From Ktedonobacterales bacterium (GTDB taxonomy: Bacteria; Chloroflexota; Ktedonobacteria; Ktedonobacterales; JADMIN01): a DNA stretch of 32,000 bases. The stretch's first letter is position 1. Each line of letters opens with the position of its first letter. The stretch lies in assembly GCA_030167145.1 (NCBI GenBank), contig CP126532.1, positions 30,001 through 62,000 on the forward strand, read 5' to 3'. The notes below the pieces were generated by a model, which ran no database searches, was not told where the DNA came from, and saw only the letters and a program-made list of their open reading frames with translations. The translations under genes and the position numbers were made by a program. Positions 15,808 to 23,573 of the stretch are shown one piece after another.

Positions 15808-16596
15808 ATGACGGCTGTTCCATCCCAGCCTAATATCTTTGTAGCATACTGGCTCTTTAGCCTTGACCCTGCATTCCACCGTCTCTCAGCTAGCGTGCAG
15901 AATCAGGGTAAAGAAGAGTTCCTTTCCAAATTAGATACGCGCCCGCAATCAATCACACTTCGAGGCACCTATTCTCTTGCTGGACTGCGATCTGACGCAG
16001 ATCTCATGCTCTGGATATACGCGCCAAATCTGGACGATATCCAAAATCTGGCAATATCACTTCGCCAGACCGGCTTGGGCGCTTACCTACGGCCCGTTGA
16101 GACGTATGTAGGAGTCGTAGCACCCGCACGTTATGATCCAGGTCACCAGCCCGCGTTCATGTCTGGCGCTGCACCCAAGAGTTACATAAGTGTATATCCG
16201 TTTGTGAAGACATCCGATTGGTATTTGTTGCCATTTGAGAAGCGCCGTGAGCTAATGGCAGAACACGGGCAGGTGGGTCGCCGATACGCGGTACCTCGCG
16301 ATCAACTGACAGGCGGAGAGGATAGCGTGACACATACATATGGCAATAACGCGACCACTCTCGCAGCTAGCAGCAAAGAGGTCGCGGAAGGCGGTGGTGT
16401 GCTCTCTAATACTGTGGACGCATTTGGCCTAGGCGACTACGAATTTATCCTGGCCAATGAGTCGGATGACCCTAGCGAGTTGTGTCGAATGATGGAGTCT
16501 CTACGTAAGGTCGAAGTACGCCGTTACACACAGTTAGACACCCCAATCTTCTTGGCACGACTTCGCACGCCAGCCGAAGCAATAGATGCACTCTAG
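15808..16596 (+). CDS. hemQ: chlorite-dismutase-family protein, most likely coproheme decarboxylase (HemQ/ChdC)
   Basis: 262 aa. The family pattern is present: YSLAGLRSDADLMLWIYAP, ISVYPFVKTSDWYLLPFEKRRELMAEHG, and FGLGDYEFILANESDDPSEL..LR. A strong AGGAGG sits 7 nt upstream of the ATG. Confidence 0.75.
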   Translation: MTAVPSQPNIFVAYWLFSLDPAFHRLSASVQNQGKEEFLSKLDTRPQSITLRGTYSLAGLRSDADLMLWIYAPNLDDIQNLAISLRQTGLGAYLRPVETYVGVVAPARYDPGHQPAFMSGAAPKSYISVYPFVKTSDWYLLPFEKRRELMAEHGQVGRRYAVPRDQLTGGEDSVTHTYGNNATTLAASSKEVAEGGGVLSNTVDAFGLGDYEFILANESDDPSELCRMMESLRKVEVRRYTQLDTPIFLARLRTPAEAIDAL

Positions 16597-16622
16597 CGTT
16601 CAAGGATATGCCCCCTGATTTG

Positions 16623-16652
16623 GGCGCAGTTCGCAGTTCATCGCACTGCGCC
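16623..16652. terminator. weak candidate hairpin between convergent genes
   Basis: GGCGCAGT (16623-16630) pairs with ACTGCGCC (16645-16652) around a 14-nt loop. There is no U-tract, and it overlaps the kinase stop codon. Confidence 0.2.
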
Positions 16653-17381
16653 ACTATCGTTCGGAAATAGCGGCAGGTCGAACCAGAAAATGCTGCCGCT
16701 ACCACGTCGTGCACGCACCCCGATCTGGCCGTGATGTAATCTAACAATTTCACGAGCGACGTAAAGTCCATTGCCAGCGCCTACTGCGTCATTTGCATTA
16801 CTTCCCGTCGTGTACGCCTCAAAGATTCGATTTCGCTCATTCGCGATCACCCCAATTCCGCGGTCGCTTATTGTGGTGTGGAGTATGCCGCCAGATGTTG
16901 CAAGCGACACCTTTACGTCCCCATCCTGACCATATTTGATCGCGTTTGCGAGTAAGGTAGAAAGCAGTTCTCCTAATCGCTTGCGATCCCACATGCCGAT
17001 AATCTCGTCCTCTTCACATTCTAGATGAATTATCTGGCTTCGCAACCCATCGGCATATATGCCAACGATACGACGAGCCACAGCCACAACGTCGCAGCGA
17101 GTTGGCTGAACAAGAAAGCGACCCTGGGCAAGATGTGTCACCGAGAGATACACATCAATCATATTGTTCATGCGCTCGACTTGATAGGCGATCTTATTAA
17201 TGTCCGAGATATCTACGGCATATGCCGTGTCTTTCCGAAACCGCCACTGCATAAGTTGCACCTGACCACTCAGCGCGCTGACTGGCGCACGCAATTCATG
17301 GCTTGCGATATCGAGAAAGTCGAATTGCATGTCGTCGCCACCCCGACGTGTAGGTTCGGGCCGCGTGGTATTTCGATCCAT
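16638..17381 (-). CDS. histidine kinase, core only (HisKA + HATPase_c, no sensor or TM domain)
   Basis: 247 aa. H-box DIASHELRAPVSAL, N-box LLANAIKYG, G1 DRGIGV, G2 GAGNGLYVARE. Only about 20 residues precede the H-box helix. Confidence 0.85.
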   Translation of the reverse strand: MDRNTTRPEPTRRGGDDMQFDFLDIASHELRAPVSALSGQVQLMQWRFRKDTAYAVDISDINKIAYQVERMNNMIDVYLSVTHLAQGRFLVQPTRCDVVAVARRIVGIYADGLRSQIIHLECEEDEIIGMWDRKRLGELLSTLLANAIKYGQDGDVKVSLATSGGILHTTISDRGIGVIANERNRIFEAYTTGSNANDAVGAGNGLYVAREIVRLHHGQIGVRARRGSGSIFWFDLPLFPNDSGAVR

Positions 17382-17440
17382 AGCTCTCTATTCATATCCT
17401 TTCTAGATGAGCGACATGGCCTCTCTAAACGTAGACTAAT

Positions 17441-19282
17441 TCACCGGTCACCAGCAATAGAGCGTAATAGAGGTATAGCAGTCTCCTTTGAGAGGCTAGG
17501 TGTCCAATCTATCAGCCCATCAAATACGTCTAGAGGCAGCCGATCCAGTTCTAATGCCATCCCGGTGGCAGGAGGCGTAATGTAGCGTCTCAGATAGCGT
17601 GCCACCTGCACAAGGCAGCGATAATTGCCATCCTCACGTGCCTGTATCTCAGCATCTTCAATCAGCAACACTGCGCAAACGACTCGTGCCATCTGCCGCG
17701 TCAATCGCTTCGTCATGAGTTCTGCTTCTTGGCGCTGACTGGCCTTGAGGAGTCCAATCGCGCGCTCTAAGTCAGCGAGGGCGGCCATGCCGATCTCGGC
17801 AGCCAGGCTAACCGCAGCATCGCGAACAGCCTGAAGCCGTGCGCGCAAGTCTGCTATGAGGGCAACTCCCGCATCTTCTCGTAAGATGGCACGTCCCACA
17901 TCCAGAGCCGAGATGTTCCCGGTGCCTTCCCAAAGTGCCTGCACCTGCACATCGCGCAGAAGCCGCGCATTTGGCCAGTCTTCAATGTAAGCGTTTCCCC
18001 CACGTACCTCCATTCCTTCCGCAACTACTCTTCGCGCCTCCTCTGAAATAAAGAATTTCGCGAGTGGCGTCAGTATACGGGCAAGCAGCCGTGCCTGAGC
18101 GGAACCGTGATCTGCCGCGTCGAGTTGCGCTGATCCTTCAAAGAACAATGCTGTGAGCGCTTCCACGTCCATCTGCATGTCAAGTAGTTGCTCACGCATG
18201 AGCGGAAGATCAGCCAATATAGCCCCAAAAGCCTCTCGCCCTCGCGCATGAACCAACGCTTCCAAGAATGACCGTCGTGCCAAAGCAACTGCCGCGTTTG
18301 CACAACCCAGGCGCGTAATATTGAGCATCTCCGTCATGTGGAGCCAGCCTGATCCTGGACCGCTGATTTCACGTGCCAGCGTTCCAGAGAAGGTCACTTC
18401 GCCGCTGGCAAACGAGCGCATACCCATTTTCTCCTTCAACCGTTCAATCTGAAAGGCGTTGCGCGTTCCATCTGGTAGGGTCCGTGGCACGAGATAGAGA
18501 CCCAACCCTCGTGTACCTGGGCCAGCATTCTCTGGGCGTGCAAGTGTCAGAATAAGATCCGCGCCTGCATTGCTACAGAACCACTTCTCGCCATTGAGCT
18601 CCCACCACCCTGCATGGGCAGAAGATAGCCGCGCTGTGGTTTCTATCATGCCCAAGTCTGATCCGCCTTGTTTCTCCGTCATAAACATCGCACCAGTCCA
18701 CAATCTATTCAGATCTGTGGCGATGAGACGAGGCACGTAGTCAGCAACTATGTCAGCAGGTGCGAATTTCAAGAGCGTGCGCGCCATTGCGCGTGTCATG
18801 CTGAGTGGACAGAAAAGTCCTGATTCACTCTGTGCAGCCAGATAGATAAGCGCATCATTCAGAACTAACGAGCTTGTTTTCGTTTCATCCACTACGCCAG
18901 GCCGCAAACTCATGGCATGCAGGCCATACTCACCATAGAGGATGCGCTCAAGCGCACGGTAGGCACGCGATGGGTGCACTTCATCTACGCGCTCGCCACG
19001 TTTGTCGCGCTGTTGTAATGTTGGTGTGTGTCGGTCCGCTTCCGCAGCTAGGTCTTCGATCTCATCGCCGACTCGTGCACCTAGAGCCATAAGCAATGGT
19101 TCTGCCTGCACTCGCTCTTCATTGGTGAGCCTACGGCGCAAAAGAAAACGCAAATGCGCGTCGGCCAAATAATAGTTGATCCCGCGAGTATCTGGCATGG
19201 CTCCATGGTGAGGTTCAGGCGGACTGTCACTCGCAATGAAAGGTGTCTTGTCATGTTGCACCGTCGTCATGCTGATCCTCAC
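17441..19282 (-). CDS. AidB-like acyl-CoA dehydrogenase family protein
   Basis: 613 aa. It has an AidB-type N-terminus (GINYYLADAHLRFLL), an ACAD core (FMTEKQGGSDL, EVRGGNAYIEDWP) and a long helical C-terminal domain. The GTG at 19282 overlaps the glgB stop by 4 nt (GTGA). An alternative ATG lies at 19270. Confidence 0.8.
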   Translation of the reverse strand: MRISMTTVQHDKTPFIASDSPPEPHHGAMPDTRGINYYLADAHLRFLLRRRLTNEERVQAEPLLMALGARVGDEIEDLAAEADRHTPTLQQRDKRGERVDEVHPSRAYRALERILYGEYGLHAMSLRPGVVDETKTSSLVLNDALIYLAAQSESGLFCPLSMTRAMARTLLKFAPADIVADYVPRLIATDLNRLWTGAMFMTEKQGGSDLGMIETTARLSSAHAGWWELNGEKWFCSNAGADLILTLARPENAGPGTRGLGLYLVPRTLPDGTRNAFQIERLKEKMGMRSFASGEVTFSGTLAREISGPGSGWLHMTEMLNITRLGCANAAVALARRSFLEALVHARGREAFGAILADLPLMREQLLDMQMDVEALTALFFEGSAQLDAADHGSAQARLLARILTPLAKFFISEEARRVVAEGMEVRGGNAYIEDWPNARLLRDVQVQALWEGTGNISALDVGRAILREDAGVALIADLRARLQAVRDAAVSLAAEIGMAALADLERAIGLLKASQRQEAELMTKRLTRQMARVVCAVLLIEDAEIQAREDGNYRCLVQVARYLRRYITPPATGMALELDRLPLDVFDGLIDWTPSLSKETAIPLLRSIAGDR

Positions 19283-21663
19283 TTCTCATCTACTGCGTCA
19301 TCTGGCATTACGACCACCGAATTCTTCTTGCTTACGTGCTTGTTCGCGCGTGTTGCAGATTTCACAGGTTTCGCCGGTTTCAGCGCAAGCACACCCAGCG
19401 GTGGCAATGTAAGCACGAGGGATTGTTTTTGCCCATGCTGTGCCACTCGCTCTGTTTTGAGGCTTGCATTGATAACATTACTACCGCCGTAGCGTTCCCC
19501 ATCGGAGTTCAGCACCTCCATATATCGTCCCGCCACAGGTGCGCCAATGCGATAGTTTGGCCGTGGAACAGGTGTAAAGTTGCAGACAAAGAGGAGTGGA
19601 TCTGCTTTCTCATAGCCATAGCGTACAAACGCAATGACGCTATTTTGCGTATCGGACCCATCAATCCACTCAAAGCCCTCTGGCAAAAAATCGCACTCAT
19701 GCAAGGCAACCTCCGTGCGCAACAAGGTATTCAGGTCGCGCACGAAATCACGCAACTTCCGATGGTACATGCCATTCTGAGTCTCTTCTTCTAGCACAAA
19801 CCAATCCAAAAAACCGGCGAAGTTCCACTCCGACCACTGCCCCATTTCGCCACCCATGAATAGGAGTTTTTTGCCAGGGTGGGCATACATGAATGCGTAT
19901 AACACCCGCAAATTGGCAAACTTCTGCCACAAGTCGCCTGGCATTTTGTTGAGCATAGAGCCCTTAATATGGACAACCTCATCGTGCGAGAGGGCGAGAA
20001 TAAACTTCTCAGAATGTGCGTATGCGAACGAGAAGGTCAACTCGTTGTGATGGTGGCTGCGATGCACAGGGTCATAGCGCATGTACTCCAATATGTCGTG
20101 CATCCAACCCATGTTCCACTTGAGCGAGAAGCCAAGCCCACCCTCAGCAACTGGCGCCGTCACCTTTGGCCAAGCTGTAGACTCCTCTGCAATCATGAGT
20201 ACGTGTGGATAGCGCGCTCGGACGTTCTCATTGCATTCGCGTAAGAACGCTATCGCTTCCAGATTTTCCCGCCCCCCATAACGATTGGGCAGCCACTCGC
20301 CATCCGTTCGCGAGTAATCCAGATACAACATGGACGCCACCGCATCCACTCGTAGTCCATCAATATGGTATGCGTCGAACCAAAACAGTGCGTTCGCTGT
20401 AAGGAAATTGCGAACCTCATTGCGTCCAAAATTGAAGACCTGAGTTCCCCACTCAGGATGTTCACCTCGCCGTGGGTCCGCATGCTCATACAGATGGCTG
20501 CCATCAAAATAGCGTAGGCCATGCTCATCTTTAGGAAAGTGCGCTGGCACCCAATCGAGCAGCACACCAATACCATGCTGATGGCACTGGTCCACAAAAT
20601 ACATAAAATCTTGCGGCGTTCCATAGCGGCTTGTTGGGGTGTAATACCCCGTCACTTGGTAGCCCCATGAGCCATCGAATGGGTGTTCAGCCACCGGCAG
20701 CAACTCAACATGGGTATACCCGAGATCCTTGATATAGGGCACTAGTTGATGCGCAAGGTCACGATACGTTACCTGGGTGGTGTCCGACGCAGACGGGTGC
20801 TTCCACGATCCGACATGCAACTCATACACGCTAATGGCCGCTGTCTCAGCATTGTGCTCAGTTCGTTTCTCTTCCCACTCTGCATCCCCCCACTGGTACC
20901 CCTCCAAATCCCAAACCTTTGAAGCAGTTCCGGGCCGTAACTCCGCAGCGAAAGCGAATGGGTCGGACTTGAGCACACGATAGTCGCCAGCCGCTGACAG
21001 TATGGCAAACTTGTACAATGTGCCAAGGGGCAAATTTGGCAGAAAGATTTCCCAAACGCCATTCGGATGTAACCGCATCGGATACGCACGTTCATCCCAG
21101 TTGTTGAAATCGCCAACAACGCTCACTCGCCTCGCATTGGGCGCCCACACTGCGAACGATATGCCCCGAACTCCACGCACTTCGCACGGATGAGCGCCCA
21201 GCCGCTTGTACAGTTCGAGGTGCGTACCTTCCCCGATCAGATGCAAATCATAATCGCTCAATATTGGCGGGAAAGAGTAGGGATCGGCTACCCGTTCGAT
21301 CTCGCCGACCTGACGTTGAACGTCGAGAACATATGGATACGGCTCAGCAGAGAGCACAATCATACTAAACAACCCAGCGGGGTGTATCATTTGCATCGGC
21401 AGGACATCCGTATTGATGCGACCATGCGACCTGGTGCGTGCTTCGAGCACAACCGAAGCGCTCAATGCTCCTGGAAGAAACGCGCGCACAATCCACACCG
21501 ACTGACCCTGCACTATTCCTGTATGGGATCCGAGTACATCAAACGGTGTCTTGTAGTTTCCCTGGGCGATGGCAGTCTTTGTGTTCCAATCCAAAGTATC
21601 GGTGACTGCCATCCGACCGGTCATGTGCGACTGCTTTCGCATTCTTTGGACCTCACGCGACAC
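19279..21663 (-). CDS. glgB: 1,4-alpha-glucan branching enzyme
   Basis: 794 aa. GH13 catalytic regions are present: GIGVLLDWVPAHFP, IDGLRVDAVASMLY, LMIAEESTAWP, ALSHDEV. The N-terminus is typical (FDVLGSH). The exact start is uncertain, with several in-frame Met codons in the first 18 codons. Confidence 0.93.
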   Translation of the reverse strand: MSREVQRMRKQSHMTGRMAVTDTLDWNTKTAIAQGNYKTPFDVLGSHTGIVQGQSVWIVRAFLPGALSASVVLEARTRSHGRINTDVLPMQMIHPAGLFSMIVLSAEPYPYVLDVQRQVGEIERVADPYSFPPILSDYDLHLIGEGTHLELYKRLGAHPCEVRGVRGISFAVWAPNARRVSVVGDFNNWDERAYPMRLHPNGVWEIFLPNLPLGTLYKFAILSAAGDYRVLKSDPFAFAAELRPGTASKVWDLEGYQWGDAEWEEKRTEHNAETAAISVYELHVGSWKHPSASDTTQVTYRDLAHQLVPYIKDLGYTHVELLPVAEHPFDGSWGYQVTGYYTPTSRYGTPQDFMYFVDQCHQHGIGVLLDWVPAHFPKDEHGLRYFDGSHLYEHADPRRGEHPEWGTQVFNFGRNEVRNFLTANALFWFDAYHIDGLRVDAVASMLYLDYSRTDGEWLPNRYGGRENLEAIAFLRECNENVRARYPHVLMIAEESTAWPKVTAPVAEGGLGFSLKWNMGWMHDILEYMRYDPVHRSHHHNELTFSFAYAHSEKFILALSHDEVVHIKGSMLNKMPGDLWQKFANLRVLYAFMYAHPGKKLLFMGGEMGQWSEWNFAGFLDWFVLEEETQNGMYHRKLRDFVRDLNTLLRTEVALHECDFLPEGFEWIDGSDTQNSVIAFVRYGYEKADPLLFVCNFTPVPRPNYRIGAPVAGRYMEVLNSDGERYGGSNVINASLKTERVAQHGQKQSLVLTLPPLGVLALKPAKPVKSATRANKHVSKKNSVVVMPDDAVDEK

Positions 21664-21693
21664 GTCGTTACCTCAGCATCGCACACCCCGATA

Positions 21694-22809
21694 TTACTCT
21701 GCTCCATTGTCTTCGATGGCCAGCAGTTCAGGATGATACTTGGTAAAGTATCTCACATATCCCAGCGCACTCATCATATTGTTTGACGCCAGTTCATATT
21801 GCCGGAGCATCTGTGTGCGATTGACATCTGCCATCTCATCTACTTCACGCTGCATACCTGCGGCAAGGCGTCCAGCAAGTTGCTCGGTGGATTCTCCCTT
21901 GCGCATCCCCGCTAACATCACTTGCCCCCAAACATCCAGCCGTTCTCGCAATAAGCTCAGATGTTCCGCGACATCGGCAAATTTGCCAAAGTGCGCCAGG
22001 TAAAGCGCCACTAGATCCATATCCAACAGCCGGTCAATACTGGCCGACCAATCCTCCAGGCTCAGATCAGGTGGTGGTGTTGGTGGCCGGACAGTATTTC
22101 CCTTATCCAACCGGACTCCTGCAACATCTCCCGCAAATACGGTATTTCGCTCTGGATCAAAGTAGGCGACGTGGTGTACCGCGTGACCGGGTGTGTATAG
22201 CGCTCGCAGCGTTCGCTCGCCAACGCGTAATTCAGATCCTTCTTCCACCACGACCAACCGCTCTTCAGGCACCGGCTCTATTGTCCCCCACAGCATTTGC
22301 ATGTCGGCGCCATAGATCCGCTTAGCACTAGCAAGCAGCTTTGCCGGATCCAGCAAATGAGGAGCACCTATACGATGTACATAGACCCGAGCATGCGGGA
22401 GAACGTTCGCTAGCGCCCCCGCTGCGCCCGCATGATCGAGATGAATATGTGTCAGGACAAGGTGCTCAATGTCCAGCGGATCATAGCCAGCCACTTTGAT
22501 GCTTGTCAGTAGCTGACTCATCGTTGCCGTAGGCCCAACGTCAACTAAGCCCAAACCCGCCTTGCCTGTAATGAGATAGCTAGCGATCACCCCTGGCTCA
22601 CCCTGATGCAGTGTGTCAAGCAACCAGAGATCATCTTCGATTTGGATTGGCATTCCGTCTCGTGCATTGGTGTTCATGAGGGTATTTGGCCTTCTTGAGA
22701 CTTGGCGCTCACACATGGGCACGACCTTCTCTTCAATACACGATACCATGTGCGGTGAAGGTGCGCTTTCCACGGTGCGAGCATTCCGGCTACTCATTTT
22801 GCGTCTCAT
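21694..22809 (-). CDS. MBL-fold metallo-hydrolase
   Basis: It carries the HxHxDH motif (LTHIHLDHAGAAG) and downstream His/Asp ligands (TPGHAVHH, LAHF). The coordinates give the maximal ORF. The fold begins near MNTNARDGMPIQIEDDLWLLD, so the real start may be ATG 22677. Confidence 0.85.
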   Translation of the reverse strand: MRRKMSSRNARTVESAPSPHMVSCIEEKVVPMCERQVSRRPNTLMNTNARDGMPIQIEDDLWLLDTLHQGEPGVIASYLITGKAGLGLVDVGPTATMSQLLTSIKVAGYDPLDIEHLVLTHIHLDHAGAAGALANVLPHARVYVHRIGAPHLLDPAKLLASAKRIYGADMQMLWGTIEPVPEERLVVVEEGSELRVGERTLRALYTPGHAVHHVAYFDPERNTVFAGDVAGVRLDKGNTVRPPTPPPDLSLEDWSASIDRLLDMDLVALYLAHFGKFADVAEHLSLLRERLDVWGQVMLAGMRKGESTEQLAGRLAAGMQREVDEMADVNRTQMLRQYELASNNMMSALGYVRYFTKYHPELLAIEDNGAE

Positions 22810-22864
22810 GTGTTTCGTATGGTATGCTCATCCGGTTGTGTCAGTATCATAGCTACGTGATGTC

Positions 22865-23332
22865 GTGTGCTATGAGAAGAGCTTTTGCCCACAATTGGGC
22901 GTACAGGAGGACAGTCTCGCCGTGATTCAGGCATCCGACACACCCACCTCGCAGCCAGCGGCCACCCGGTGGACATTCTATCGCCGGTTCGGTCTTTTAC
23001 TACGCACGTGCCTCGACGAAGAAGGCGCTACACTCTCGCTTAACGACGTAGCTGCCCGCACACACAACCGCGTGTCGCCTGATCAACTGCAACAGTTGCT
23101 CGCGCAAGATGCCCGCATACCGGTAGACCCGGTCATCTACGTGCTGCTGGCTCAGGCATTTGATGTTGACCCTGACTTTTTTGTGAGTGATGTCGCTGTC
23201 GCGGAGTACATTGACTCTATCCACAAGCGGTTCGTCGGCCTGAACATGGGCAACCATGACGTAACGCTCCAGGCTCAGGCGGTTGCTCTGCGCGAATCTC
23301 AGCGTCTGGCCCCAGGCATCACGGTGCGCTAA
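22865..23332 (+). CDS. small XRE-like helix-turn-helix protein (hypothetical)
   Basis: FGLLLRTCLDEEGATLSLNDVAARTHNRVSPDQLQQLLAQDARIPVDPVIYVLLAQAFDVDPDFF follows the XRE HTH spacing pattern. The start is uncertain: GTG 22865, or GTG 22922, which has AGGAGG 11 nt upstream. Confidence 0.5.
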   Translation: MCYEKSFCPQLGVQEDSLAVIQASDTPTSQPAATRWTFYRRFGLLLRTCLDEEGATLSLNDVAARTHNRVSPDQLQQLLAQDARIPVDPVIYVLLAQAFDVDPDFFVSDVAVAEYIDSIHKRFVGLNMGNHDVTLQAQAVALRESQRLAPGITVR

Positions 23333-23573
23333 CCCCGCTCAGATCTCCCAAAGCGGCAACATCTCTTACCCCTCATCTGTCACTCTCGCGTGCGCGGCGT
23401 TTCCAGGCTATTTCTTGGAATCACCGCGCTTCTCATTTTCCACAAAGTGTTGCTTTAGGTTACTTGTTTGCGGGTAATACGTTCGGTGAAAATAGGAAGC
23501 GGAACATAGGCGCCGACATCTCGTGATTCACGGGATCTGACATACACATTTCTCATCCACCGGAGACGTTACC

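Noticed and set aside
15808-16596. Calling the chlorite-dismutase-family protein a true chlorite dismutase
   Set aside because: There is no (per)chlorate reductase context, and members of this family in monoderm bacteria are generally coproheme decarboxylases. I cannot score the distal-pocket Arg by eye, so the HemQ/ChdC call is a preference rather than proof.
17025-17585. 186-aa plus-strand ORF across the kinase gene and the kinase/AidB junction
   Set aside because: It is antisense to two motif-supported genes and has no motifs of its own. The antisense ORFs at 21190-21786, 24004-24477, 26818-27459 and 27849-28322 are rejected for the same reason.
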